Shown here one piece after another: positions 1 through 10,098 of a stretch of DNA of 64,000 nucleotides. This stretch comes from Actinomycetes bacterium (lineage in GTDB: Bacteria > Actinomycetota > Actinomycetes > JAJZTN01). Every line of letters starts with the position of its first letter. Within the stretch, counting starts at the first letter, position 1. A model generated the notes under the pieces. The model saw nothing but the letters and a program-made list of their open reading frames with translations, had not been told where the DNA came from and did no database searches. The stretch covers positions 148 through 64,147 of the forward strand of contig JAJZTN010000001.1 in assembly GCA_021848885.1 (NCBI GenBank). Direction: 5' to 3'. The position numbers were made by a program, and so were the translations under genes.

Positions 1-10
1 CCTCAGCGGG

Positions 11-1480
11 GTGTGCGACGCGGAGGGTGTCGCGGTCGAGCGCACCGTGCTGCCGCTGGTGGTGCGGGCTGGTGGCGGGTCGGTGCGTGACTCCCTGTCG
101 ATCCTCGACCAGCTGCTCGCCGGGGCTGGGCAGGAGGGGGTCACCTACCAGCTCGCCACCGGCCTTCTCGGGTTCACCGACGCCGCCCTGCTCGATGACA
201 TCGTCGACGCCCTGGCCGCGACGGACGGAGCCGAGGTCTTCCGCATCCTCGATCGGGTCATCGAGGCCGGGCACAACCCGCGGCGCTTCGCCGAGGACCT
301 GCTCGAGCGCTTCCGCGATCTCATCGTCATCGACGCGGTGCCCGACGCCGCGGGGGTGATCATTGGCGAGGCGTCGCCGGATCGGCTCGACCGGATGCGC
401 GGGCAGGCCGCCCGGTTCGGCCCGAGCGCGCTGTCGCGGGCCGCTGATCTGGTCAACTCGGGGCTGACCGAGATGCGCGGCACGATGGCCCCGCGGCTGC
501 AGCTCGAGCTGATATGTGCGCGCATCCTGCTGCCCGGTGCCTACGACGACACCCGCAGCCTGCAGGCCCGGCTGGACCGGCTGGAGCGGCGCGTCGGCCT
601 CGCCACCGACGCCGGCGGGGCCAGCGCACCGGCGGCACCGGCGGCACCGGTCGCACCGGCGGCACCGGCGGCACCGGTCGCACCCGCGGAGCCCGCGGCA
701 CCGGTCGCACCCGCGGAGCCCGCGGCACCGGTCGCACCCGCGGAGCCCGCCGGGGAGGCTCAGGCGGGCGACACCGCGACCGCGCCGACCGCGCCGGCCG
801 ACCCACCCGCGCCGACCGCGCCGACCGCGCCGACCGCGCCGACCGCGCCGGGTGGGCTGGACCTCGCCGGCGTACGACGGCTGTGGCCGGACGTGCTCGA
901 CCGGGTCAAGTCGATGAAGCGGCTCACCTGGACCCTGCTCATGCACAACGCCCAGGTGCTCTCGGTGACCGGCGACAGCCTGGTGCTGGGCATGATCAAC
1001 GCGGGTGCGCGGGACTCCTTCGCCCGTGGTGGCAGCCCGGAGATCCTCCGACAGGCGTGCATCGACGTGCTGGGCGTCGACTGGCGGGTCGAGGCCGTCG
1101 TGGACCCCTCGGTGGACGCATCGGTGGGGCCCGGCCGGACCGGGACCACCGGGCCAGGTGGCACCGGCACGCCGGGCCGTCGCATCCCGCGGGGCTCGCG
1201 GCCGGCCGAGGGCGCCGCGGCGGCCGGCACCGGCCCGCACGCGACCGACCCTCACGCAACCGGCCCGCCCAGCACCGACCCGACCGGCACCGGCCCGCAA
1301 GCAACCGGCCCGACCGGCACCGGCCCGACCGGCACCGGCCCGGAGCCGCCGGTGGGGGCGGTGAGCGGGGTCGACGAGGTCTCACCAACCGATCCCGACG
1401 TCGAGGCCGACCTGACCGGGGCCGAGCTGCTGGCCCGCGAGCTGGGTGCCCAGGTGATCCAGGAGTACGACGAGGGCTGA
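11..1480 (+). CDS. dnaX: DNA polymerase III subunit tau/gamma, C-terminal portion (5' end outside window)
   Basis: The translation has the DnaX domain III-V motifs (GGSVRDSLSILDQLL..., RFAEDLLERFRDLIV). A long Ala/Pro-rich tandem-repeat linker follows (APAAPVAPAEP... and TGP repeats), then a conserved C-terminal domain. The ORF is open to the window edge. Confidence 0.85.
   Translation: MCDAEGVAVERTVLPLVVRAGGGSVRDSLSILDQLLAGAGQEGVTYQLATGLLGFTDAALLDDIVDALAATDGAEVFRILDRVIEAGHNPRRFAEDLLERFRDLIVIDAVPDAAGVIIGEASPDRLDRMRGQAARFGPSALSRAADLVNSGLTEMRGTMAPRLQLELICARILLPGAYDDTRSLQARLDRLERRVGLATDAGGASAPAAPAAPVAPAAPAAPVAPAEPAAPVAPAEPAAPVAPAEPAGEAQAGDTATAPTAPADPPAPTAPTAPTAPTAPGGLDLAGVRRLWPDVLDRVKSMKRLTWTLLMHNAQVLSVTGDSLVLGMINAGARDSFARGGSPEILRQACIDVLGVDWRVEAVVDPSVDASVGPGRTGTTGPGGTGTPGRRIPRGSRPAEGAAAAGTGPHATDPHATGPPSTDPTGTGPQATGPTGTGPTGTGPEPPVGAVSGVDEVSPTDPDVEADLTGAELLARELGAQVIQEYDEG
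606..850 (+). repeat. Imperfect tandem nucleotide repeats (about 15-33 nt units) encoding the Ala/Pro-rich linker of DnaX
   Basis: Repeated 'gcaccggcggcaccggtcgcacccgcggagcccgcg' units and 'gcgccgaccgcgccgaccgcg' units are visible. They translate to (APAAPV/APAEP)n and (APT)n. Confidence 0.7.
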
Positions 1481-1612
1481 CTGCACGCCGTGGACCGGGC
1501 CAGCACGTAGGCTCGGAGCCAGCCGGTCGGCGGACCGGCCACGTCCGATACGCCCGCCGTGCGGGCGTGTAGCCGAGGAGTCCTGGTGCTCGACAGCGCT
1601 GAGCCGGTTCTG

Positions 1613-1629
1613 CCCGGGCGGCTCGCCCG
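1613..1629 (+). terminator. Possible intrinsic terminator hairpin downstream of dnaX (CCGGGCG-gct-CGCCCGG). No U-tract.
   Basis: A perfect 7-bp GC stem with a 3-nt loop lies in the 220-bp dnaX-recR spacer. U-tract-less hairpins are common in high-GC actinobacteria. The call is weak. Confidence 0.3.
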
Positions 1630-1699
1630 GCCCCGGCAGGTGCGGGCGGGCGTCGCCGGCCCGGGCACCGGCGACACCGGCATGGGGGGCTAGGCCGTC

Positions 1700-2299
1700 A
1701 TGTACGAGGGAGTGGTCCAGGACCTCATCGACGAGCTCGGCCGGCTGCCCGGGGTGGGACCCAAGGGTGCCCAGCGGATCGCGTTCCACCTGCTGGCCGC
1801 CGACCCGGCCGACGTCCGCCGGCTGGTTGCCGCGATCACCGAGGTCAAGGAGCGGGTGCACTTCTGCCGGGTCTGCGGCAACGTCGCCCAGGACGAGGAG
1901 TGCCGGATCTGTCGCGACCCGCGCCGTGACGTCACCGTGCTGTGCGTGGTGGAGGAGCCCAAGGACGTCGTGGCGATCGAGCGGACCCGGGAGTTCCGGG
2001 GCCGCTACCACGTGCTCGGCGGGGCGATCAGCCCGATCGAGGGCGTCGGACCCGATGACCTGCGGGTGCGCGAGCTGATGACCAGGCTTGCCGACGGGGT
2101 CGTGACCGAGCTCATCCTGGCCACCGACCCCAACCTCGAGGGCGAGGCCACCGCGACCTACCTGGCACGGCTGGTCAAGCCGATGGGCCTGACCGTGACC
2201 CGGCTGGCCAGTGGCCTGCCGGTCGGCGGTGATCTCGAGTACGCCGACGAGGTCACGCTCGGCCGCGCGTTCGAAGGGAGGCGACTGATCGATGTCTGA
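1700..2299 (+). CDS. recR: Recombination protein RecR
   Basis: 199 aa with an N-terminal HhH ([17 protein letters not shown]), a C4 zinc finger (CRVCGN...CRIC) and a Toprim domain. The position after dnaX is canonical. Confidence 0.95.
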   Translation: MYEGVVQDLIDELGRLPGVGPKGAQRIAFHLLAADPADVRRLVAAITEVKERVHFCRVCGNVAQDEECRICRDPRRDVTVLCVVEEPKDVVAIERTREFRGRYHVLGGAISPIEGVGPDDLRVRELMTRLADGVVTELILATDPNLEGEATATYLARLVKPMGLTVTRLASGLPVGGDLEYADEVTLGRAFEGRRLIDV

Positions 2300-2930
2300 G
2301 CACGACACACCGGCGCAGGCCCAGGCCGAGGACCTGAGTGACTTCAGCGCCGAGATCGCCGATCAGGTGGAGAGCTTCGTGCTCGCCGTCCGGGAGATCG
2401 CCGCCGGGCAGAGCCCCGAGACCGCTGTGTCGATGCTGCTGCTGGAGGTCTCCCAGCTCATGCTGGCCGGTGGCCGGCTCGGAGCCATCTCCGACGTCAT
2501 CCCGGTGGAACGCTTCGAGCCTGACGCGGGCAGCGACCCCGACGTCGACGGGCTGCGTGCCTCGCTGGCCAACCTGCTCGAGCCGATCGACGAGTACACC
2601 GAGGTCTTCGACCCCTACGACACCCCTGCCGAGGTCGTCGTGATGCGGTTGTCCGACGACATCGCCGGCATCACCACCGACCTCGCGCACGGCCTGGTGC
2701 ACTTCCGCGAGGGCCGCACCGACGAAGCGCTGTGGTGGTGGCAGTTCTCCTACCTGTCCGACTGGGGGGCCACGGCCGGCTCGGTGCTGCGCGCGCTGAT
2801 CGCGGTCGTGTCGCACTCCCGGCTGGACGGCACCGCGCCGGTCGACGAGGTCGCCCTGGCCGAGGACCAGCTGCTGGCCGAGACCGCGGTGGCGGCCAAC
2901 GACGGCGTGACCGAGGCGCCCGGGCGGTGA
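2292..2930 (+). CDS. DUF5063-domain protein (conserved actinobacterial protein downstream of recR)
   Basis: 212 aa, acidic. Its start overlaps the recR stop, the typical recR-DUF5063 operon arrangement in Actinomycetota. Confidence 0.7.
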   Translation: MSEHDTPAQAQAEDLSDFSAEIADQVESFVLAVREIAAGQSPETAVSMLLLEVSQLMLAGGRLGAISDVIPVERFEPDAGSDPDVDGLRASLANLLEPIDEYTEVFDPYDTPAEVVVMRLSDDIAGITTDLAHGLVHFREGRTDEALWWWQFSYLSDWGATAGSVLRALIAVVSHSRLDGTAPVDEVALAEDQLLAETAVAANDGVTEAPGR

Positions 2931-2955
2931 GACCGGCGCACCCCCGGCGCCGGGC

Positions 2956-3696
2956 TCATGCCGTCGGCACCGGGGTGGGGGAGACCGGCGGGGTGAAGAC
3001 CTGCGCACCCGGTGGCCCGGACAGGCTTGTCAGAGCCAGCGTGCCGGTCGGGTAGGTGAGCAGCCGGGGGACACCGGCGTCGCTGAGGCAGTAGCCGCCC
3101 GGGTCGACCGTGCCGCCGGAGACCTGGAAGCACGCCGCCGTGGGCAGCCCCGGCTCCTGCGCCATCGAGCCAGAGGCGTGCACCGTCACCTCCGGCGGCG
3201 CGGCGGCCAGGCCGGTCAGGTCGGTTGTGATGATGCGCTGCAACCCAGGGTCGAACACGTTGGGGATCGGGTGGTCCAGTGGCCCGACCAGCAGACAGAT
3301 GCGCGAGGTGCTGCCCAGCTGGCAGGAGACGTAGCCCTTCGGGGTGGTCATGAACAGCGTGGTGGCACTGGCCGAGACGATGTCGATGCGGTACTGGCCG
3401 CCCTGCTTGTAGATCCGCACCGTCGAGGGTGGCGTCGAGGGGTTGCTCGGGGTGAAGGCGAAGGTCCCGGTCCAGCTGGCGCCAGCGCCGAGCCTGGCCA
3501 GCCGGGCGAGGTCGGCAAGGGGACCGGACGCCGCGGTGGCCGACGGGCTGGTCGGTGCGGCGGGGCTGGGCGATGACGGGACGGCGGAGGTCGCCGGGGG
3601 CTGGGCCGGGGAGCTGGCGCAGCCGGCCAGCAGGGCGGTGGCCGCCAGCAGCAGCCCACCGTGCGCGTAGCGGGCCCCGCGCGATCGGAACGGCAC
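2956..3696 (-). CDS. Putative secreted lipoprotein, unknown function
   Basis: The N-terminus has a signal peptide with a lipobox ([12 protein letters not shown]). A Pro/Ser/Thr-rich linker follows. No recognisable catalytic motifs. Confidence 0.5.
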   Translation of the reverse strand: MPFRSRGARYAHGGLLLAATALLAGCASSPAQPPATSAVPSSPSPAAPTSPSATAASGPLADLARLARLGAGASWTGTFAFTPSNPSTPPSTVRIYKQGGQYRIDIVSASATTLFMTTPKGYVSCQLGSTSRICLLVGPLDHPIPNVFDPGLQRIITTDLTGLAAAPPEVTVHASGSMAQEPGLPTAACFQVSGGTVDPGGYCLSDAGVPRLLTYPTGTLALTSLSGPPGAQVFTPPVSPTPVPTA

Positions 3697-3807
3697 GAGG
3701 CCACCCTACGGTGCGAGGCTGCCCGGCAGGCACAGGCTCGGGGGGCTTCGGCAGGTCAGTTAGACTCCCTGCTCGTTGTGGCGTCGGTCGAGGAGCATGA
3801 GGCACCA

Positions 3808-5097
3808 GTGAGCCTGGTCGTGCAGAAGTACGGCGGGTCCTCGGTCGCCGACGCTGAGTCGATCAAGCAGGTCGCCCAGCGCATCGTGGCCACCCGCAGG
3901 GCCGGGCACGAGGTGGTCGTCGTGGTCTCCGCGATGGGGGACACCACCGACGAGCTCATCGAGCTGGCCGAGAAGGTGGCCCCGCTGCCGCCGGGGCGCG
4001 AGCTGGACATGCTGCTCACCGCGGGCGAGCGGATCTCGATGGCGCTGGTCGCGATGGCCATTGCCAACCTCGGGCACGAGGCGCGCTCGTTCACCGGAAG
4101 CCAGGCCGGGGTGATCACCGACTCTGCGCACGGGCGGGCCCGCATAATCGACGTGACCCCTGGCCGGATCCGTGGGGCGCTGGACGCCGGGGCGATCGCC
4201 ATCGTGGCCGGGTTCCAGGGGGTCTCGCAGAGCACCAAGGACATCACCACGCTGGGCCGCGGCGGCTCGGACACCACGGCGGTCGCCCTGGCTGCGGCGC
4301 TAGGTGCGCAGGTGTGCGAGATCTACACCGATGTCGACGGGGTGTTCACCGCCGACCCACGGATCGTGCCCACGGCGCGGCGGATCCCCCGCATCAGCTA
4401 CGAGGAGATGCTGGAGATGGCGGCCTCGGGGGCCAAGGTGCTGCACCTGCGTTGCGTGGAGTACGCCCGCCGCTACGGGATGCCGATCCACGTGCGGTCC
4501 TCGTTCTCGCAGGCCGAGGGAACCTGGGTCACCGAGAACCAGCCCGGGACAACCGAGACGGAAGGCGGGCAGGACATGGAGCAGGCCATCATCTCCGGGG
4601 TTGCGCACGACCGCAGCGAGGCCAAGGTCACGGTGGTCGGCGTGCCGGACAAGGTGGGCGAGGCGGCGCGGATCTTCACCGCGGTCTCCGGGGCGGAGAT
4701 CAACATCGACATGATCGTGCAGAACGTCTCGGCCGCGGCGACCGGGCGCACCGACATCTCCTTCACGCTGCCCAAGAGCGATGGCCAGGCGGCGCTGAAG
4801 GCGCTCGAGCGGATCCAGCCCGAGGTCGGCTTCGAGTCACTGCGCTACGACGACCGGATCGGCAAGGTCTCCCTCGTCGGGGCCGGGATGCGCTCCAACC
4901 CCGGGGTTTCGGCGAAGTTCTTCGCGGCGCTGGCCGATGCCGGTGTCAACATCGAGATGATCTCGACCTCGGAGATCCGGATCTCTGTCGTCGTGGACCA
5001 GGACGACGTGGACACGGCGGTCGCCTCCGTGCACCGCGCCTTCGAGCTGGACGACCCCGACGGCGCAGCGGTCGTCTACGCGGGGACGGGGCGCTGA
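3808..5097 (+). CDS. lysC: Aspartate kinase (aspartokinase alpha subunit). An internal in-frame start for the beta subunit lies at about 4576.
   Basis: The [10 protein letters not shown]... amino-acid kinase fold is followed by two C-terminal ACT domains. A GTG start at 3808 is chosen by homology to the canonical N-terminus; the ORF extends upstream to 3661. The stop overlaps the asd start (ATGA). Confidence 0.9.
   Translation: MSLVVQKYGGSSVADAESIKQVAQRIVATRRAGHEVVVVVSAMGDTTDELIELAEKVAPLPPGRELDMLLTAGERISMALVAMAIANLGHEARSFTGSQAGVITDSAHGRARIIDVTPGRIRGALDAGAIAIVAGFQGVSQSTKDITTLGRGGSDTTAVALAAALGAQVCEIYTDVDGVFTADPRIVPTARRIPRISYEEMLEMAASGAKVLHLRCVEYARRYGMPIHVRSSFSQAEGTWVTENQPGTTETEGGQDMEQAIISGVAHDRSEAKVTVVGVPDKVGEAARIFTAVSGAEINIDMIVQNVSAAATGRTDISFTLPKSDGQAALKALERIQPEVGFESLRYDDRIGKVSLVGAGMRSNPGVSAKFFAALADAGVNIEMISTSEIRISVVVDQDDVDTAVASVHRAFELDDPDGAAVVYAGTGR
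4576..5097 (+). CDS. lysC: Aspartokinase beta (regulatory) subunit from an internal in-frame ATG
   Basis: An in-frame ATG ([26 protein letters not shown]...) is preceded by the purine-rich stretch gaaggcgggcagg. Its position and sequence match the known Corynebacterium/Mycobacterium lysC-beta start. Confidence 0.55.
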   Translation: MEQAIISGVAHDRSEAKVTVVGVPDKVGEAARIFTAVSGAEINIDMIVQNVSAAATGRTDISFTLPKSDGQAALKALERIQPEVGFESLRYDDRIGKVSLVGAGMRSNPGVSAKFFAALADAGVNIEMISTSEIRISVVVDQDDVDTAVASVHRAFELDDPDGAAVVYAGTGR

Positions 5098-6155
5098 TGA
5101 GCAGCAAGCCGACCTTGGCCGTGGTCGGGGCCACCGGTGCCGTCGGCACGGTCATGCTCGACCTGCTGTCCACCCGGGAGGACGTCTGGGGTGAGATCCG
5201 CCTGGTCGCCTCGGCTCGTTCCGCCGGGCGCTGCCTCGTCGTACGTGGGCAGGAGATCGAGGTCCTCGCCCTGGCCGAGGAGGTCTTCGACGGGGTCGAC
5301 GTGGCGATGTTCGACGTGCCCGACGAGGTCTCGGCGACCTGGGCGCCGGTGGCGGCGGCGCACGGCGCGGTTGCTGTGGACAACTCCGGGGCGTTCCGGA
5401 TGGACCCCGAGGTGCCGCTCGTTGTGCCCGAGGTCAACCCGCACGCCGCCCGGGTGCGCCCGAAGGGGATCATCAGCAACCCGAACTGCACCACGCTGTC
5501 GATGATCGTGGCGATCGGGGCGCTGCATGCGGAGTTCGGCCTGGCCGAGCTCGTCGTGGCCTCCTACCAGGCCGCTTCCGGGGCAGGGCAGGCCGGCATC
5601 GACACGTTGCGCGAGCAGCTGGCGAAGGTGGCCGGCAACCGGGAGCTGGGCACCCGTGCCGGGGACGTGCGCCAGGTGGTGGGCGACTTCGGTCCGTTCC
5701 CGGCCCCGCTGGCTCTCAACGTGGTGCCCTGGGCCGGCTCGCTCAAGGAGGACGGCTGGTCCAGCGAGGAGCTCAAGGTCCGCAACGAGTCGCGCAAGAT
5801 CCTCGGACTGCCCAAGCTGCGGGTCTCGGCGACCTGTGTGCGGGTGCCGGTCATCACGACCCACTCGCTGGCCGTGCACGCGGTGTTCGAGCGGGAGGTG
5901 TCGGCCGGCGCGGCCCAGGAGATCCTGCGTGACGCCCCTGGCGTCGTACTCTTCGACGACCCTGCGGTCGGTGACTTCCCGACCCCGGCCGACGTGGTGG
6001 GCACCGACCCGACCTGGGTGGGGCGGATCCGCCAGGCCCTTGACGAGCCCCGCGCGCTGGACCTCTTCGTGTGCGGCGACAACTTGCGCAAGGGCGCGGC
6101 GCTCAACACCGCGCAGATCGCTGAGCTGGTCGCCGCGGAGCTGGCCGGTCGCTAG
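5097..6155 (+). CDS. asd: Aspartate-semialdehyde dehydrogenase
   Basis: The N-terminus [20 protein letters not shown] is a Rossmann motif. The active-site region NPNCTTL is present. The ATG overlaps the lysC stop, giving the classical lysC-asd operon. Confidence 0.95.
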   Translation: MSSKPTLAVVGATGAVGTVMLDLLSTREDVWGEIRLVASARSAGRCLVVRGQEIEVLALAEEVFDGVDVAMFDVPDEVSATWAPVAAAHGAVAVDNSGAFRMDPEVPLVVPEVNPHAARVRPKGIISNPNCTTLSMIVAIGALHAEFGLAELVVASYQAASGAGQAGIDTLREQLAKVAGNRELGTRAGDVRQVVGDFGPFPAPLALNVVPWAGSLKEDGWSSEELKVRNESRKILGLPKLRVSATCVRVPVITTHSLAVHAVFEREVSAGAAQEILRDAPGVVLFDDPAVGDFPTPADVVGTDPTWVGRIRQALDEPRALDLFVCGDNLRKGAALNTAQIAELVAAELAGR

Positions 6156-6217
6156 CGGCGTCGGCCAGACCGCTTCGGCCAGACCGCTTCGGGCCACCGC
6201 GCGCCACCGGGCGCGCT

Positions 6218-7987
6218 TCAGCCGATGCGGCGCACACCGGCCAGGTGCCGGGCGCAGAAGTCCAGCTCTGCGCGCATCTGGCGCACCTGCTCGTCCACCA
6301 CGAGTGAGCCGTGCCCCGCGTCGAAGCGGTACACCTCGTGCGCCTGGCCGCGCTGGGCCAACGCGGCAAGGTAGTTCTCGATCTGGCGGATCGGGCAGCG
6401 TGGGTCGTTCTCCCCGGCCAGCACCAGCACCGGCACCCGCACCGCATCGACGTAGCTGAGCGGTGAGGACTCCCGGTAGCGGTCGGGCACCTGCTCGGGC
6501 GAGCCACCGAAAAGGGCCCGGTCGAAGGCCTGCAGGCTCTCCATCTCGTCCTCGTAGGCCGCCACGTAGTCGGCGACCGGGACAGCCGCGACGCCCAGCG
6601 CCCACAGCTCGGGCTGGGTGCCCAGGCCGAGCAGGGTGAGGAAACCGCCCCAGGACCCGCCGGCCAGCACGCACCGGTCCGAGTCGGCCAGGCCGCACTC
6701 GACGGCCCAGGCCCGCACCGCGGCGAGGTCCTCCAGCTCGGTCAGCCCGACCCGTGCCTCGTTCGCGTCCCGCCAGGCCGAGCCGTAGCCGGTCGAGCCG
6801 CGGTAGTTGACCCGTACGACGGCCAGCCCCGCGTCCACCCAGGCCGCCACGGTGGGGGAGAACTCGTCGCAGTCGTGCCAGGTGGGCCCGCCGTGCACGA
6901 GGAAGAGCGTCGGGTGCGGGCCGGGGCCGGCCGGTGTCGCGACAAGAGCGTGGATGGTGCCGCCAGGCCCGGGCACCCAGGCATCGGTGACCGGCACCGA
7001 GGGGGGAGCCGGCTCGCCTCCGGGCTCCAGCAGCGTCTCACCCGAGGTGGCAAGCAGCACCGGGGGCCAGGCGGCCGATGACCAGCGGAACTCCACCGTG
7101 CCGTCCGGGCGGGCGGTGGCCTCGGACACGACCCCCGCTGGGGTGCCCAGCGGCTCGACCCGCCCGGTGGCCAGGTCCAGGCGGTGCAGCTCGGCGCGCC
7201 CCTGGTGCTCGTGGGTGACCAGCAGGCCGGCGGCGTCGGGGTAGAACTCGGCGACCACCTCGCCGGGCAGGTCGATGACCAGCTCGGTCTGCTCACCGGT
7301 CGCCACGTCGAGCATGAGCAGCTCGGGTCGGCCGCGCCGCTCGTGCCGGACGAGCAACCGGGGGTCACCGGGCACCGGCGCGAACTCCACTGGCTCCACC
7401 CCGCGGCCCGGCCCGTCCCACAGCTCGGCCACCGCCGCGCCGTCGGCGACCCGCAGCACCCGAAGCGCCGGGTGGCGGGAGTCGCCGTGCTCGCTGTGAG
7501 TGATGGCGACAAGCTCCCCGTCCCGGGACAGCGCGGCCACCCCAGCGTCCTCGGCGTGCCGGTAGAGCGTCACCGCGGGGTGGCCGGGGCCCACCCGGTG
7601 GATGCTCGTGCCGGCCTCGTCGGAGCGGCCGATGACCGCCAGGCCAGCTGGGCCGAGAGCCAGCCCGGCCGGATAGCCGGCGGCGACGTCGGGGGCGGCC
7701 GGCTCGGCCACCCCAGCGTCGAAGGGCTGGCGCATCCAGACCCCGAGCTCGTCACCGTCGGTGTCGTCGAACCACCAGACGCTTGCCCCGTCCGGGCTTA
7801 TTGCCGCCTCGGACGTGCCGGCTGGCCGGTCGGTCAGCCGGCGCCGTGCCCCGGTGCTCCGGTCCCACGAGTAGACCTCAGTGCGCCCAGAGGCGTTGGA
7901 CAGGTAGATGCAGCGCCCGGGGGCCTCGGTGGCCCACTCCGGCAGGCTCATGCGTACGGCGCGGAAGCGTCGCTCCCATTCCGGCAT
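6218..7987 (-). CDS. S9 family peptidase (prolyl oligopeptidase / acylaminoacyl-peptidase-like)
   Basis: An N-terminal beta-propeller is followed by a C-terminal alpha/beta hydrolase domain with the GGSWGG nucleophile elbow. The start is placed at the internal ATG (MPEWERRF); the ORF runs to 8095. Confidence 0.75.
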   Translation of the reverse strand: MPEWERRFRAVRMSLPEWATEAPGRCIYLSNASGRTEVYSWDRSTGARRRLTDRPAGTSEAAISPDGASVWWFDDTDGDELGVWMRQPFDAGVAEPAAPDVAAGYPAGLALGPAGLAVIGRSDEAGTSIHRVGPGHPAVTLYRHAEDAGVAALSRDGELVAITHSEHGDSRHPALRVLRVADGAAVAELWDGPGRGVEPVEFAPVPGDPRLLVRHERRGRPELLMLDVATGEQTELVIDLPGEVVAEFYPDAAGLLVTHEHQGRAELHRLDLATGRVEPLGTPAGVVSEATARPDGTVEFRWSSAAWPPVLLATSGETLLEPGGEPAPPSVPVTDAWVPGPGGTIHALVATPAGPGPHPTLFLVHGGPTWHDCDEFSPTVAAWVDAGLAVVRVNYRGSTGYGSAWRDANEARVGLTELEDLAAVRAWAVECGLADSDRCVLAGGSWGGFLTLLGLGTQPELWALGVAAVPVADYVAAYEDEMESLQAFDRALFGGSPEQVPDRYRESSPLSYVDAVRVPVLVLAGENDPRCPIRQIENYLAALAQRGQAHEVYRFDAGHGSLVVDEQVRQMRAELDFCARHLAGVRRIG

Positions 7988-8091
7988 CGCCGAGGCCTGG
8001 GTCAGCGACGGGTGCGGGCCTGCCGGCCCCGCGGTGGTGGGCACGGCGCCATCCAAGCAGCCGGACGGGTTCGCCCGCGCAGACCCCTCCG

Positions 8092-9876
8092 TCATCCCAG
8101 GGTGGTGGGGTGGATGCCGTAGCGGCGCATCTTGCGGTAGATGGTGGCGCGGGAGATGCCGAGGTTCTTGGCGGCCTGGAAGACGTTGCCGTCATGCTCG
8201 AGCAGGCCGCGCAGGATGGTGTCACGTTCGGCGGACTCGATCGGGGTCAGGGGGGCGCGTGAGGTGACCCGGCACTCGGGGGGCAGGTCGTCGGGCTCGA
8301 CGACGCGCAGGGACTGCCGGCGGGCCAGGGCGCGCACGACGGTCTCGACCTGGCGGATGTTCTCCGGCCAGGGGCAGCGGTGCAGCAGGTGCATGGCGGC
8401 GGGGGAGCAGCTGAGGTCCCCCGCGGGACGGTATCGGCGCAGGAAGTGGCGCACCAGGGCGGTGATGTCCTCAGCCCGGTGGCGCACCGGGGGTAGCTGA
8501 ACGACGGCACCGCACAGGGCTTGCAGGGTGTCTGGGCCGAGTGTGGGCTGCTGGATCGTGACGAAGAGCCGGGCCGCCCGGTCCCGGTCGATCCGGGCGA
8601 GGGCCTCGGTGAGCAGCAGGGCCAGGCGGGGGCTGAGCAGGTGCGTGCCGCGCAGGACCAGCACCGTGTGCGGGTCGCGCATCGCCTCGGCCACGGCGGC
8701 CAGCCAGGTGTCCTCGGCCTGGACGGTCTCGGAGACCGGCGGGTCGACCAGGATCGGTGCGCGCCCGGTGGCCGCCCGGTGCACGGCGGTGACCAGGTGC
8801 GCCTTGCCGGTGCCGGCTTCCCCCAGGACGGCGGTCCAGACCCGGGCGGCGTAGGCAGCCTGCACCTCGGCGACGGCCTTGACCCAGGACGGTGCGCCCC
8901 CGACCACCCCGGGGGGGATCGGGGTGGTCCGCACCGAGTGGGTCATCTTGTCGCGCTGGGGCCCGACCAGGCGCACCTGGAAGACGACCCCGGTGTCGTT
9001 GTCCGGCTCGCTCGTGGTGGCTCGAAGCTCGACGACCCGCCCGGAGGGCAGGGTGACGCTGAGCGTCCCCGCGAAGCCGGGGTCCTCGGCGAACTCGCGG
9101 GCGTGCGCGAGCAGGGCCTCCTGGTCGGGGCCGGCGATCGTCGAGCGCAGCTTGTCGTTCATCATCACGACGTCGTCGTTGAGGGCCAGCACCGGCACCT
9201 GGCGCACCGAGCGGCAGGCCTGCATGTACCTCTCGAAAAGGTTGTACTCGCGCTGGGAGCTGATCCGGGCCAGCTCGCGCTCGATCTGCTGCGCGGTGGA
9301 CTGGGTCAGGGCCAGCGCAATACCACCCGAGCTGTGGCTGACCGGCGTGGTCAGGTTGAACGCCCCGAGCACGACCCGCCGGGTCGGGTGCAGGATCGGC
9401 ACCGCCGCGCAGTGCAGCGGGCGCAGATCCTCGACGTAGTGCTCGGTGCCGCTTATGACGGTGGCCTGACCGCTGGCTAGCGAGGTGCCGATGCCGTTCG
9501 TGCCGGCGTAGCGCTCGGAGAACACGTGGCCGGGGGCCAGCTGCACGCGGTTCAGCCGTGAGGTCAGCCCGGCGTGGGAGACCTTGCGGACCAGGACCAG
9601 GCCCTCCCTGTCGGTGAGCATGAGCGACACAGGCTCGTTGGCGAGCGCCCCGTGCAGGGTTTCCATGATCGGCGTCGCCGCGCGCACCAGCGCGGCGTCC
9701 GGGTCGGGGACCTGCTTGAAGGGGACGTTGAGCTGGCGCATGTCGACGGCGTGCTCGATCGAGCGCTGCCAGGACGCGACGACCATCTCCCGCACGACGG
9801 CGGGCTTCTTCCCGTCGACCCGCTTCTGCTCGGACAGGTAGCACTCGCGGGCAAGCTCGAGAGCACGCGTGGGCAC
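8092..9876 (-). CDS. GAF-domain / AAA+ / Fis-type HTH transcriptional activator (AcoR/PrpR-like, sigma-54-activator architecture)
   Basis: The central AAA+ module has a degenerate Walker A (GEAGTGKAH). The C-terminal Fis-type HTH reads GNVFQAAKNLGISRATIYRKMRRYGI. The gene is divergent from the Zn-ADH gene. The GTG start near 9876 is inferred; the ORF extends to 10083. Confidence 0.7.
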   Translation of the reverse strand: MPTRALELARECYLSEQKRVDGKKPAVVREMVVASWQRSIEHAVDMRQLNVPFKQVPDPDAALVRAATPIMETLHGALANEPVSLMLTDREGLVLVRKVSHAGLTSRLNRVQLAPGHVFSERYAGTNGIGTSLASGQATVISGTEHYVEDLRPLHCAAVPILHPTRRVVLGAFNLTTPVSHSSGGIALALTQSTAQQIERELARISSQREYNLFERYMQACRSVRQVPVLALNDDVVMMNDKLRSTIAGPDQEALLAHAREFAEDPGFAGTLSVTLPSGRVVELRATTSEPDNDTGVVFQVRLVGPQRDKMTHSVRTTPIPPGVVGGAPSWVKAVAEVQAAYAARVWTAVLGEAGTGKAHLVTAVHRAATGRAPILVDPPVSETVQAEDTWLAAVAEAMRDPHTVLVLRGTHLLSPRLALLLTEALARIDRDRAARLFVTIQQPTLGPDTLQALCGAVVQLPPVRHRAEDITALVRHFLRRYRPAGDLSCSPAAMHLLHRCPWPENIRQVETVVRALARRQSLRVVEPDDLPPECRVTSRAPLTPIESAERDTILRGLLEHDGNVFQAAKNLGISRATIYRKMRRYGIHPTTLG

Positions 9877-10098
9877 GCCGACTCCCTTCCGAGGGCACCA
9901 ACGGCCCTCACCGGGCCCCCGCGCCCACCAAGTGCACCGCAGGTTACACGGCGGTTTCGCGGGTGTCTCAGATTGAAACAGCAATCGACTCACAGTGAGA
10001 CAGTTCGCCAACTTCTCCATGCGCTGTGCTCTGCCCGAGGCAGCCGCAAGGCCGGCGCGCGCCTCGTCGAGCGCCGCCGGCACCGAGAGGAGTTCGCA

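Noticed and set aside
4314-6155. 613-aa ORF starting inside lysC
   Set aside because: The first 261 codons are an out-of-frame overlap of lysC with Gly/Arg-rich composition. The real asd start is the ATG at 5097 that overlaps the lysC stop.
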